From NCBI GenBank assembly GCA_029262535.1, contig JAJCZF010000074.1:78883-142882 (forward strand): DNA of 64,000 bases, given 5' to 3'. This document shows positions 22,018 through 32,449 of the stretch, one piece after another. Under the pieces are notes generated by a model. That model was not told the origin of the DNA and did no database searches. It saw only the letters and a list, made by a program, of their open reading frames with translations. This DNA is from Deltaproteobacteria bacterium (lineage in GTDB: Bacteria > Desulfobacterota > GWC2-55-46 > JAJCZF01). The position numbers and the translations under genes are program-made. Position 1 is the first letter of the stretch. The number at the start of each line of letters is the position of its first letter.

Positions 22018-23499
22018 ATGGAAACTAAAAAGAGGACCACGGTAAAAAAACTCACAGAGCGTATCAAAGAACTGGAACTACTCGTCAAGGTATCGACCAT
22101 GATATCCTCCATGCTTGAGCTGCCGAGGCTGCTTGAAGATATTATGAACATAGCCAAGCGGATAGTCGGCGCTGAGGCATGTTCCGTTCTGCTGGTGGAT
22201 AAGGAAACGGGCGACCTCACCTTTAGCGTGGCGATGGGCCAAAAGGGAGAAGAGGTAAAGAAGTTCAGGATAAAGCCCGGCCAGGGGATATCGGGCTGGG
22301 TCTACGAGCACGGCGAGACGCTCTTGATCGAAGACGCCCAGGCCGATGAGAGGTTCTACGGCAAGGTGGATAAGGACACGGGGTTTATTACGAAGAGCAT
22401 GGTGACGGCCCCGCTGATTGTCCATGAAAGAACCGTGGGCGTGATACAGGTCATAAACAAGGCAAGCGGCGGCTTCTTTACCGAAGAAGACATGCAGACG
22501 CTTATTTCAATCTCGGGGCCGATGGCGGTAGCCATTGATAACGCTGTAATGGCCGAGGAGCTGAAGGAGTCGAACAGGCAGATAGAACTCTATAGCAGAG
22601 ACCTCGAAGGCATGGTCCGGGAGAGGACCGAAGAACTCACAAAGGCCAACATGGAGATCAAGCTCGGACAGGCCAGGCTGCTTCAAACCGAAAAGCTCGC
22701 TTCAATAGGCCAACTCGCCGCGGGCGTGGCCCACGAGATAAACAACCCGCTGAGCTTTGTCCGAAGCAACCTTGGTGCCATAAAAAGCTCTACGGATAGT
22801 TTTTTTGAGATCATAGAGAGCTATGGGCGCGTTCTTGAGGGTATCGATTCTCCGGAGGTCGCCCTCGCGGCGGTGGAACTTAATTCCGTCAAGGATAAGC
22901 TCGACTTTGACTTCTTGAAAGAGGACATGGGAGAGCTTCTAAGCGAGTCGTACCAGGGCATCGACAGGGTGACCGATATCGTTGGCACCCTCAAGGATTT
23001 TTCAAACATAGACCGCGCCGATAGAAGACGCCAGAATCTTAACAAATTGATAGATACCGCCTTAAGCGTTCTTGAGAGCAGGGTCGGGCCGAATGTCAAG
23101 CTTGTAAAGGACTATGCCGAGTTACCCCTCGTAGAGTGCCTTACGAGCGAGACAAACCAGGTCTTTTTTAATATACTGGATAACGCCTTTACGGCCATAG
23201 GCGAAAACGGTCTGATTACCGTCAGGACCAAAAGCGGCGAAGAGACCGTATTCGTAGAGATAACCGACAGCGGAGAAGGTATCGGTGAAGAGCATCTGGG
23301 CAAGGTCTTTGATCCCTTTTTTACTACGCATGAGCCCGGCAATGGGACCGGTCTAGGCCTGACCATCACCTATAATATAATCAAACGACACGGCGGAGAG
23401 ATCAGCGTCAAGAGCCGGCCTGGAGAAGGAACGACCTTTACTGTAGAGTTTCCAATAAGGATGGCCGAAGAGACGCTGGAGGGCGTCCTCTCGGCCTGA
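22018..23499 (+). CDS. GAF-domain sensor histidine kinase
   Basis: GAF ([12 protein letters not shown]), AHEINNP, DPFFTT, GTGLGL. Confidence 0.9.
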   Translation: METKKRTTVKKLTERIKELELLVKVSTMISSMLELPRLLEDIMNIAKRIVGAEACSVLLVDKETGDLTFSVAMGQKGEEVKKFRIKPGQGISGWVYEHGETLLIEDAQADERFYGKVDKDTGFITKSMVTAPLIVHERTVGVIQVINKASGGFFTEEDMQTLISISGPMAVAIDNAVMAEELKESNRQIELYSRDLEGMVRERTEELTKANMEIKLGQARLLQTEKLASIGQLAAGVAHEINNPLSFVRSNLGAIKSSTDSFFEIIESYGRVLEGIDSPEVALAAVELNSVKDKLDFDFLKEDMGELLSESYQGIDRVTDIVGTLKDFSNIDRADRRRQNLNKLIDTALSVLESRVGPNVKLVKDYAELPLVECLTSETNQVFFNILDNAFTAIGENGLITVRTKSGEETVFVEITDSGEGIGEEHLGKVFDPFFTTHEPGNGTGLGLTITYNIIKRHGGEISVKSRPGEGTTFTVEFPIRMAEETLEGVLSA

Positions 23500-23686
23500 A
23501 CCGCCGACCCGAATTCGAATGGGCGAAAAAAACGCTTGGACGGCTTTCCGCTCTTTGGCGGGATATCTCTGGAGGCTTCCTGCCTAATGCTGGACAGCAC
23601 GCGTGGTTTGGCATATTATATTGACCGGCATGATAGCGCAGTACATGTTTGTCTATGAAGCTTTAAATAATGCAAGGTTATCTTAG

Positions 23687-25102
23687 ATGACTAATAACTC
23701 TAAAACTCATAAAGTCCTTATCGCTGACGACGAAGAATCCAATAGAAGGATTCTTGAGACACAACTTCAACTTCTCGGCTACGAGACGGTATTGGCCGTA
23801 GACGGCAATGACGCTATTGAAAAGGTCGCAAGCAATTCGCCCGACCTCATCTTGCTCGACATCATGATGCCTGGCATGGATGGGTTTGAGGTCTGCATGA
23901 TATTGAAGGCGGACTTGAAGACGGCCATGATACCGGTCCTGTTCGTTACGGCCCTGGACGATAAGGAATCGAGACACAGGGGGCTTGAGGTAGGGGGGAA
24001 CGACTTCCTTACAAAGCCGGTCGATAAGTTCGAACTTATGTTAAGGGTGAAAAATCTCCTTGAGATAAAGGACTACCAGGACTTCATAGTCGACTATAAC
24101 AGGCAGCTTGAGAAGGAGGTAAACAAGAAGACCTCAGAGATTCAGGCCGCCTACGACAGCCTCAAGGTGGCCCACGATAAGCTCATTGATAACAAGCTCA
24201 CTCTTGAGAAGAAGAACGCATTGCTTGAGGAGGCGAACAGAGACCTTGTCGATACAAGGGCGCAGGTGGTCCAGTCCGAGAAGATGGCCTCCGTTGGGCT
24301 GCTTGCCGCCGGCGTGGCGCACGAGATAAACAACCCCGTTGGATACGTTAAGAGTAACCTCAACTCGCTTAAAGATTACGCCGATGACCTGCGAGGCCTT
24401 CTTAAGCTTCACGGATCTCTTATGAAGGTAAAGGAGGACGGCGCTTCCGATCTAAAGGAGATATTGAAAGCTATTGAAGAGTACAGTGAGAATGTGAGCC
24501 TTGAAGAGTTAGTGACCGATATCGACGAGATCGTAGCGGAATCGATCGAAGGCATGGACAGGGTCGCCGATATAGTAAAGAGCCTCAAGGACTACTCACA
24601 CCAGGAGAGCGGGGCCGTTGCCAAACACTCGGATATCAACGAATGCCTCGAGGATGCGATAAAGCTCTGTTGGCACGAAATAAAGTACAAGGTAAAACTT
24701 ATAAAAGAACTGGGCGAGCTGCCGCGGATAGTCTGCCGTTCCCAGCAACTATGCCAGGTCTTTTTGAACTTGATCGTTAATGCCTCGCACGCCGTTTCAG
24801 ATGACGGCAAGATATGGGTAAAGAGCTATCCGAATGAAAACTATGTGGTCGTAGAGATAAGGGATAACGGCCACGGCATCCCGGCCGACAAGCTTGGCAA
24901 GATATTCGATCCCTTCTTTACAACTAAGGTGCAGGGCGAAGGCACGGGGCTCGGGCTCTCTATCGCCTACGGCATCATAGAGGAGCATAATGGAATTATA
25001 GAGGTCGATAGCGGAGAATGGGGAACATGTTTTACGATCCATCTTCCGTATGAAGGTATGGAAGCCGACGAGGCGCCGTGCGGCCAAGAGGATGGGGGAT
25101 AA
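23687..25102 (+). CDS. Receiver-histidine kinase hybrid
   Basis: ADD, LLDIMMP and KP receiver motifs; AHEINNP; HATPase boxes. Confidence 0.9.
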   Translation: MTNNSKTHKVLIADDEESNRRILETQLQLLGYETVLAVDGNDAIEKVASNSPDLILLDIMMPGMDGFEVCMILKADLKTAMIPVLFVTALDDKESRHRGLEVGGNDFLTKPVDKFELMLRVKNLLEIKDYQDFIVDYNRQLEKEVNKKTSEIQAAYDSLKVAHDKLIDNKLTLEKKNALLEEANRDLVDTRAQVVQSEKMASVGLLAAGVAHEINNPVGYVKSNLNSLKDYADDLRGLLKLHGSLMKVKEDGASDLKEILKAIEEYSENVSLEELVTDIDEIVAESIEGMDRVADIVKSLKDYSHQESGAVAKHSDINECLEDAIKLCWHEIKYKVKLIKELGELPRIVCRSQQLCQVFLNLIVNASHAVSDDGKIWVKSYPNENYVVVEIRDNGHGIPADKLGKIFDPFFTTKVQGEGTGLGLSIAYGIIEEHNGIIEVDSGEWGTCFTIHLPYEGMEADEAPCGQEDGG

Positions 25103-25104
25103 AA

Positions 25105-26463
25105 GTGGAAAAGAAAGCGCATACCATACTTCTGGTAGATGACGAGAAGAATATCCTGAATTCGCTCTCCAGGCTCTTTAGGAGGGAAGGGTACGGTATC
25201 TTGAAGGCGGAGAACGCGGCTGAGGCGCTCGCCCTTCTGGACGACAACAAGGTATCTCTGGTCATCTCCGACTACCGGATGCCCGAGGTGGACGGCGTGG
25301 AGTTCCTTTCCATAGTAAAAGATGGTTCGCCCGACACGATCAGGTTTATGCTGACCGGTCAGGCCGATCTCGATTCCGTCGTGGAGGCCATAAACAAGGG
25401 CGAGGTATCCAGATACATCACCAAGCCGTGGGACGACGACATGCTCAAGATTACGGTCAAAGAGGCCCTTGAGCACTACGATCTGACCCAGGAGAACAGA
25501 CGGCTTTTCGATGAGACCATGAGGCTCAACGAGGAGACGGCGAGGCTCAATGAAGAGCTTACCGATATCAACGAGCACCTCGAAGAGAAGGTAAGGGACA
25601 AGACAAAGGAGATAAGGGAAAACTTTTTCGGCTTCGTTCGCATGTTCGCCGACTTGATGTCGCTCTATGACCCGGTGCTTGGCGGACATACTTCGAGGGT
25701 CGCTACCCTTGCGAGGGCGCTTGCCGTGCGCTTGGGGCTTGAGGAGCAGGATGTAGACCTAATCGAGGCTGCGGCCTACCTTCACTCCATCGGCCTGATC
25801 GGGGTGCCGAAAGATGTGTTAAAGAGGGCTGAAACCACGGTCTTTTTGAGCGATGTCGAGTTGGCCTTCATGAAGAAGACCCCGATAGTCAGCCAGCGTC
25901 TGCTTGCGCATATCGATATGCTCCTTCAGTCCGGTATCATCATAAGGAGCCATGCGGAGAACTTCGACGGAAGCGGCTACCCGGACGGCCTCAGGGGTGA
26001 GGAGATACATATAGGATCAAGGATACTGGCCGTCTGCAAGGCATACGATAAGGTGTTGAGCAAAAAGAAGGATGTCAGCAAGAGAAGGGAGTTTGAGTAT
26101 ATCAAGCAGCTCTCCCCAAAGGAGTACGACCCGAACGTCCTCGCAGCCCTGGTGGGGTTGAGGCTTGGCGATGCGGCCGAAAATTTCTACAGAAAGTCGC
26201 TTGCTGAAGGCGGCTCCGGAAAGAGAGGCGCCACGAAAAAGATCTCCGCACCGGTGGTTGAACACGAGACGCATGCCGGCACCATGCCCTTTGAGGCCCT
26301 TCGGGACGGGATGTTGCTTGCGGAAGATATCAAGAATATTAGCGGCAAGGTGCTCGTGTCAAGGGGGTCCAGGCTTACCAACGTACTGATCGAGAAGGTC
26401 CTTGGAATGAAAGAACTCGACCAGATAAAGGCAATGACCACAAGGGTCTACGAAGACGATTGA
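25105..26463 (+). CDS. Receiver plus degenerate HD-GYP protein
   Basis: REC (VDDE, SDYRMP, KPW); HD replaced by HS; DGSGYP retained. Confidence 0.85.
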   Translation: MEKKAHTILLVDDEKNILNSLSRLFRREGYGILKAENAAEALALLDDNKVSLVISDYRMPEVDGVEFLSIVKDGSPDTIRFMLTGQADLDSVVEAINKGEVSRYITKPWDDDMLKITVKEALEHYDLTQENRRLFDETMRLNEETARLNEELTDINEHLEEKVRDKTKEIRENFFGFVRMFADLMSLYDPVLGGHTSRVATLARALAVRLGLEEQDVDLIEAAAYLHSIGLIGVPKDVLKRAETTVFLSDVELAFMKKTPIVSQRLLAHIDMLLQSGIIIRSHAENFDGSGYPDGLRGEEIHIGSRILAVCKAYDKVLSKKKDVSKRREFEYIKQLSPKEYDPNVLAALVGLRLGDAAENFYRKSLAEGGSGKRGATKKISAPVVEHETHAGTMPFEALRDGMLLAEDIKNISGKVLVSRGSRLTNVLIEKVLGMKELDQIKAMTTRVYEDD

Positions 26464-26489
26464 CGGTTCGTGTGGATTCGTTCTAGTTA

Positions 26490-26954
26490 CTACGATCTTG
26501 CGGTCATCAAGGGTCGGTATGGAATGGCTCTGAGTTCTCCGAGGAGCCTGTCGATACCGTCCGCGAGTCCGATACCCTTTATCAGTTCGCTCTCTTTGCC
26601 CCGCGCTACCTTCCTAAGCTCCATGTCGGCGACTTCTTCGTCAAAACCTTTCGATATGATTTTTTCGAGAAGCGCCCGGAAGAGAACCCTCCTCTTTTCG
26701 CCCTGATCCGTTTCGTCCCGGCGGCATTCAAAGTTTTCAAGCAGGGTGGAGCCGCACGCGCAGTTACGAAAGAGTTCCACGATCCTATTGTCGTCTTCAT
26801 CGTAGGATTCTTTAAGCCCCGTCTTCAAACCCGCCTTCGCGGTCTTTGCCAGAAAGTCCTCCTGGTCGTAATATATCTCGCCGCAGGTATTGCATCTTTT
26901 TGGGAAGTTGTCGTCTGAAACCGGTTTTAACCCATTATATATGTCGCTCGTCAT
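26490..26954 (-). CDS. Conserved hypothetical protein with CxxC/CxC motifs
   Basis: FPKRCNTCG...ELFRNCACGSTL; ATG at 26954. Confidence 0.65.
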   Translation of the reverse strand: MTSDIYNGLKPVSDDNFPKRCNTCGEIYYDQEDFLAKTAKAGLKTGLKESYDEDDNRIVELFRNCACGSTLLENFECRRDETDQGEKRRVLFRALLEKIISKGFDEEVADMELRKVARGKESELIKGIGLADGIDRLLGELRAIPYRPLMTARS

Positions 26955-27307
26955 ATAATGATCTCCTGATAGCCCTATAGGCGCATCCACTCCAAGATTG
27001 GGAGAAGGGAAGCACCTTCTTCTTTTCATTATTTTAAAGCCTATAATTTATAATTTCAATAAGTAATTTTTATCGTTTGTACTATCTTATGTCTGGCATG
27101 GGCCTTGTTTGCTATTTACATATCGTCATTAGATTATGTATAATATAATATTATATTCATGCTCTGCACTATCATTTGATTTTTGAAATATAGCACGATA
27201 CTACTCAAGCTGCCTCTTGTATCCTATCCTGTTGAAGCCTCACCCGTTAAGGCAAGCGAGTTTTAGTCAAGTCGTTATCTCTCATTATAAGGTAAAGGGG
27301 AGACCAG

Positions 27308-30300
27308 ATGGATACGAGTGGCAGTAATCTCAAAATAGGACTCAGGGGTAAGACCCTCTTAGGGCTGGGTTTTTTGGTCTTCTGCGCGCTTCTCATCCTT
27401 GGGGGCACCACCTACTGGCACAGTTTTAAGGTCGCCGAAAAGACGGCCGTTGAGTTCGCCGGGGAAGAGATCGAGCAACTGACCGTCGGTGTCGGCTATT
27501 TGCTCAAAAGCTCCAGGGCCGACCTGAAGGTAATAAAGAGCACGCCGCCCATACAGGGCATCATTCGGGCCATGGATGACGACGGCTTCGACGTCGTAGG
27601 GGAGAGCACCATCGACGAGTGGCGCGGAAGGCTCGCCACCATCTTCGACTCCTTTATGAGAAACAATCCCGGCTACAGCCAGTTACGCTACCTGGATAAG
27701 GACGGTAACGAGATCGTTCGCGTCGAACTCCTCGGCATGGCCGCGCGTATCGTTCCTAGAGAAGAGCTCCAGAACAAGGCCGACTACCCCTATTTTACAG
27801 AGGCCATAAAGTTAGAATCCGGAGAGTTCTATTCTTCCGATGTGACCCTCAACCGTGAGCGGGGGCCTATTGAGACCCCCCATACTCCAATGCTCAGGCT
27901 CTCGACCCCCATTTACGATGAGGTTGACGTCGTAAGCGGAGTTCTCGTCTTGAATATCCTTGCCGACCCGATCTTCGACACCATCATCCCAAAGACCGGG
28001 ATAGAGACCTACATCATAGACGATAAAGGTTACTTCCTTCGCCATCCCGACAGCGCAAAGGAGTTCGGTGGAGAGCTTGGCCACGGGTTTTCGGTCTCCG
28101 ACATAGATTACGAGCTTGACGACGACGGTTCTTTCGACCGGCATGACAAGTTTGTGTACCACCAACCTCACGAGAACCATATCGAGGGCTTTAAGAAGGT
28201 CTTTTTCGACCCGTCCGACAGGACCCGTTATTGGAATCTTCTCTATAAGATTCCAAACGAGATGGTCTTCGCCAGCCTCTATGCGACCAGAAACTCGATG
28301 CTCGCAACCGGAATACCCTTAGGAATCCTGTCGATCATCCTGATTACATTGTTGGTCTCAAGAAGGGTCGTTCGTCCGGTTGTCAGCCTCTCAGAGGCCG
28401 CGCGGAAGATGCGCGCGGGAGATCTCTCCATCAGGGTTCCCGAAGAGGAGGTGACAGACGAGTTCCGCCACCTCTACCGTGCCGTTAACGAGTTCGCCGA
28501 GGCGCAGCAGTGTGCGGTCGAGCGCTTCGAGCGCGCGCTAACCGTAAGGACCGAGGAGCTTCAGAGGAGCAACATAGAGTTGCTCGGTTCTCAATCGAAA
28601 CTTGCCGCAAGGAGCGGGGAGCTTGAGAATCTCAACAGGGCGCTCATTTCTTCCCAGTCCGAACTCGATGCGAGGAACAACGAACTCAAAACGAAGGCCG
28701 AGTACGAGGGCACCATGACGAGGCTGATAGCCCTCTTTAACTCCTCCTTCAACGAGGAGTATGAACTCAAAGAGATGTTCTCCATCCTCGGCGAGCGGTT
28801 GCCCTTACCTTGCGCGGCTTTCTACCGCTACGACGAATGGTCCGGAAAAGCCGTATGCGTAGCCTCCAAAGGGAATCCCGAGTGCTTTGTCAGGGCCTTT
28901 TCTGAGGACGAGAGCCACGTAAACAGGGTCTGCGTCGACCTGAGGCCCGTGGTGCTTGAGGGTGACGAGATCGATTTCACCTGTGAGGCCGAGGGGTGTG
29001 AGGCCGGAGGCGCCGCGATAAAGCCCCTGGCGGTCTTTATCCATCCTGTGACTTATCGCGAGAAAGTATTAGGAGCGCTCGTAATAGCCTCGACCGCGCA
29101 GATGGACGATCTCAAAAAGGATTTTATCGAAAAACTCTCGATACATCTCGGCATAGAGCTTAATAATCTAAAACAGTATGCCGATCTCAAGGAACTCTCG
29201 GCGCAGCTAAAGCAGAAAGGCAAGGAGATAGGGCAGAAGAATATCCAGCTCGAAGAGTCGAACAAGATGAAGAGCGAGTTTCTGGCCAACATGTCCCATG
29301 AGCTGAGAACACCTCTTAACGCCATAATCGGATTCTCGGAGATATTGAAGGACGGGCTGATGGGAGAGATGGCCGACAAGCAGAAGGACTACTGTAACGA
29401 TATCTTCACGAGCGGACAGCACCTCCTATCCCTTATTAACGACATACTGGACCTCTCGAAGATAGAGGCCGGCAAGATGACCCTCGACCTTGAGGGCGTC
29501 TCTGTACCCGGACTGCTCAAAAACAGCCTGATGATCGTAAAAGAGAAGGCCATGTCTCATTCCATAGGGCTTGAGTTGGACCTGGATGAGAGGCTCGGCA
29601 TCGCCTCCGTTGACCCGCGTAAACTAAAGCAAGTCGTATATAACCTCCTCTCCAACGCAGTCAAGTTTACCCATGACCACGGAACGGTCTCGCTCGCGGC
29701 CAGTTTAGTTGAGAAAGACTCGGGCAGGATGATGGAGATAAGCGTAACGGATACAGGCATAGGGATATCCGAAAAGAACCAGAAGAGACTATTTAAACCC
29801 TTTGAGCAGCTTGAGGGAGCCATTACCAAGAAATATAAGGGCACCGGCCTCGGCCTCATGCTGGTAAAGCGTCTCACCGAGCTTCACGGCGGCACGGTGG
29901 AGGTCAGGAGCAAAAAAGGCGAGGGCTCCTCCTTTACCGTAAGGATCCCGTACATGGCGGATGAGGGAGCCACAGCCGAAGAGTCGCTATTCCTGCCGGA
30001 GAAGCCTCTCCAAGAGATGTCTAGTGAAAAAGGGCCGCTCGTCCTTATAGTAGAGGACGACGCAAAGGCTGCCGACATTACCAAGGCCCAGCTCGAAGAG
30101 AGGGGCTACAGGACCATGACGTCCGAAACGGCCGAGGATGGGCTTAAGGCTGCCGCGCTGATGCGGCCTGACCTCATAGTGCTCGACATCCTTCTTCCGT
30201 CCATGAGCGGATGGGACTTTTTGCAGATGATCAAGGATGACGATGCGACCTGTAATATACCGGTGGTAATACACTCCATAGTTGCGGATTCGAGGAAGGG

Positions 30301-30856
30301 CTTTTCTCTTGGGGCGTCGGCGGTACTCCATAAGCCCGTGGAGAGGCGCGAGCTCTTTGAAACGCTCGAAAGACTCGGCTTTGACGACAGAGCCGGAGAG
30401 CTGAAGGTCCTTGTCATAGATGACGACCCGCAGTCCGTCGAGTTTGTCTCCCGTAACCTTGAAGAGGCGGGCTACAAGGTCCGGAGGGCCTATGGCGGAG
30501 AAGAGGGTATCGAGGCGGCGATGGAAGATAGTCCCGACCTCCTTGTCCTCGACCTGATTATGCCGGAGGTCTCGGGCTTTGACGTTGTGAGCGCGTTAAG
30601 GTCGAACCGGCCGACCTCCGTGATCCCCGTCATTATACTCACGGCAAAGGTCCTCACGGATGAGGATCGTGATATACTAAGTGGTAATGTTTTTGATATA
30701 GTCGAGAAGTGGGATTACAGGGCAGAGGACTTCGTCAGGGAGGTGGACTGTGCGCTGGGACGGAGAACCGTCGGCTGCGACGTCTGTCCCGATCCCCCAA
30801 TGGGGCCCGTAAAGGAAAGCGCCCCTTCGGCAGACGATTCTTTAAAACCGAAATAA
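27308..30856 (+). CDS. Hybrid sensor kinase (Cache-HAMP-GAF-HisKA-HATPase-REC-REC)
   Basis: Two TMs flanking a periplasmic domain (YSQLRYLD, YPYF), HAMP, MSHELRTPLN, GTGLGL and two receiver domains. Confidence 0.9.
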   Translation: MDTSGSNLKIGLRGKTLLGLGFLVFCALLILGGTTYWHSFKVAEKTAVEFAGEEIEQLTVGVGYLLKSSRADLKVIKSTPPIQGIIRAMDDDGFDVVGESTIDEWRGRLATIFDSFMRNNPGYSQLRYLDKDGNEIVRVELLGMAARIVPREELQNKADYPYFTEAIKLESGEFYSSDVTLNRERGPIETPHTPMLRLSTPIYDEVDVVSGVLVLNILADPIFDTIIPKTGIETYIIDDKGYFLRHPDSAKEFGGELGHGFSVSDIDYELDDDGSFDRHDKFVYHQPHENHIEGFKKVFFDPSDRTRYWNLLYKIPNEMVFASLYATRNSMLATGIPLGILSIILITLLVSRRVVRPVVSLSEAARKMRAGDLSIRVPEEEVTDEFRHLYRAVNEFAEAQQCAVERFERALTVRTEELQRSNIELLGSQSKLAARSGELENLNRALISSQSELDARNNELKTKAEYEGTMTRLIALFNSSFNEEYELKEMFSILGERLPLPCAAFYRYDEWSGKAVCVASKGNPECFVRAFSEDESHVNRVCVDLRPVVLEGDEIDFTCEAEGCEAGGAAIKPLAVFIHPVTYREKVLGALVIASTAQMDDLKKDFIEKLSIHLGIELNNLKQYADLKELSAQLKQKGKEIGQKNIQLEESNKMKSEFLANMSHELRTPLNAIIGFSEILKDGLMGEMADKQKDYCNDIFTSGQHLLSLINDILDLSKIEAGKMTLDLEGVSVPGLLKNSLMIVKEKAMSHSIGLELDLDERLGIASVDPRKLKQVVYNLLSNAVKFTHDHGTVSLAASLVEKDSGRMMEISVTDTGIGISEKNQKRLFKPFEQLEGAITKKYKGTGLGLMLVKRLTELHGGTVEVRSKKGEGSSFTVRIPYMADEGATAEESLFLPEKPLQEMSSEKGPLVLIVEDDAKAADITKAQLEERGYRTMTSETAEDGLKAAALMRPDLIVLDILLPSMSGWDFLQMIKDDDATCNIPVVIHSIVADSRKGFSLGASAVLHKPVERRELFETLERLGFDDRAGELKVLVIDDDPQSVEFVSRNLEEAGYKVRRAYGGEEGIEAAMEDSPDLLVLDLIMPEVSGFDVVSALRSNRPTSVIPVIILTAKVLTDEDRDILSGNVFDIVEKWDYRAEDFVREVDCALGRRTVGCDVCPDPPMGPVKESAPSADDSLKPK

Positions 30857-30881
30857 GAAGATTGCTCAAAAAAGAGATCTG

Positions 30882-31256
30882 ATGAAGATATTGATTATCG
30901 AAGATAATACCATTAATATGAAGCTTGCCAGCGATCTCATGGAGAGCGCCGGGTATGAGGTGCTTCAGGCCGTGGAGGCCGAAGCCGGGATAAGGCTCGC
31001 CAATGTTGAGCAACCGGAATTGATACTGATGGACATTCAGCTTCCGGACATCGACGGCATTACCGCCATGAGACTCCTGAAAGGGAATGAGAAGACCCGC
31101 GACATCAAGATAATCGCGCTCACGGCATTCGCCATGAAGGGCGACCGCGAGCGCATGCTCAAGGCAGGCTGCGACGGTTATATGGCGAAACCCATAAGAT
31201 ACAAAGAGCTCTTCAAGCTTATAAAGGTTATTACAGGTCATGCCGCTGATCTTTAA
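30882..31256 (+). CDS. Single-domain response regulator (DivK/CheY-like)
   Basis: IEDN, MDIQLP, LTAFAMKGD, KP. Confidence 0.9.
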   Translation: MKILIIEDNTINMKLASDLMESAGYEVLQAVEAEAGIRLANVEQPELILMDIQLPDIDGITAMRLLKGNEKTRDIKIIALTAFAMKGDRERMLKAGCDGYMAKPIRYKELFKLIKVITGHAADL

Positions 31257-31292
31257 TAAAGAGCTCTTCTTTTCCTTGAAAGGATTTGACTG

Positions 31293-32426
31293 ATGATAAT
31301 GGAAGACGCGCCAAGAAAGATACTGGTGGTGGACGATGAGGATACCAACAGAAAGCTTCTCAAGATACTGCTTGAAAGCCTTAACTACGTGGTCGATACG
31401 GCGTCAAACGGACAGGAGGCGCTTGATAAGGTTTCGGCCGAGCTTCCCGACCTCATCCTGCTCGACATAATGATGCCGGGCATGGACGGCTACGAGGTCT
31501 GCAAGAGGCTCAAGGAGAGCCCGGACACTTCTTTCGTCCCGATCATAATACTCTCGGCCCTCGCCGATATGGAGTCGAGGGTCAAGGGGCTCTCTATGGG
31601 CGCCAACGACTTCCTCTCAAAGCCCTTCGACAGGTCGGAGCTTGCCGTCAGGGTCGGAAATCTCTTGAAGGCCAAGGAGTACGACGACTTTATAATCGAG
31701 TATAACAGGATGCTGGAAGCGGAGGTCAACAAGAAGACCTCTGACCTGCAGACCGCCTTCGAAGAGCTGAGGGCGGCAAACGAGGAGCTTGTCGGCACCA
31801 ACAGTCTCTTAAAGGAAGGCTACCTCGACACCATCGAAAAGCTTACCTCCGTAGCGGAGTATAAGGATCACGAGACGGCCAATCATGTAATAAGGGTCCG
31901 CGAGTACAGCGGCCTCTTTGCGATTGAACTAGGCTTCTCTGATGAGGAGTCGGAGACGATCAAGTATGGCTCGACGCTCCACGATATCGGCAAGATAGCC
32001 ATTCCTTCCGAGATACTCCTGAAGACAGGGGGACTTACCAGCGAGGAGTTTGTTCTGATGAAGACCCATACCACGGTCGGGGCCGCGATCCTTGAGAACC
32101 CGGTATCCGATTATCTCAAGAAGGCCCGGGTGATTGCGCTCACACATCATGAGAGGTGGGACGGAAGCGGCTACCCCGCCGGGCTTCGGGGAGAGGATAT
32201 CCCTATAGAGGGCAGGATCGTGAATATCGTGGACCAGTACGACGCCCTGAGGAGCGTAAGGCCCTATAAGAGGGCGTTTGACCACGATACCGTATTAAAG
32301 ATATTGACCGAGGGGGACGGAAGGTCCATGCCCGGGCACCTGGATCCGAGGGTGCTTGAGGTCTTTTTGGATATCCACGGCAAGATAGCCGAGGTCTATG
32401 ACGAGTTTAAGGACGCCGGGGGTTGA
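31293..32426 (+). CDS. Receiver plus HD-GYP c-di-GMP phosphodiesterase (RpfG-like)
   Basis: Intact HDIGK, HHERWDGSGYP and DQYDALRSVRPYK. Confidence 0.92.
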   Translation: MIMEDAPRKILVVDDEDTNRKLLKILLESLNYVVDTASNGQEALDKVSAELPDLILLDIMMPGMDGYEVCKRLKESPDTSFVPIIILSALADMESRVKGLSMGANDFLSKPFDRSELAVRVGNLLKAKEYDDFIIEYNRMLEAEVNKKTSDLQTAFEELRAANEELVGTNSLLKEGYLDTIEKLTSVAEYKDHETANHVIRVREYSGLFAIELGFSDEESETIKYGSTLHDIGKIAIPSEILLKTGGLTSEEFVLMKTHTTVGAAILENPVSDYLKKARVIALTHHERWDGSGYPAGLRGEDIPIEGRIVNIVDQYDALRSVRPYKRAFDHDTVLKILTEGDGRSMPGHLDPRVLEVFLDIHGKIAEVYDEFKDAGG

Positions 32427-32449
32427 GGCCGGACCACCAGAGATGACAT

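Noticed and set aside
27094..27110. Sigma54 promoter upstream of the hybrid kinase
   Set aside because: TGGCAT-N5-TTGTT lacks the conserved -12 GC.
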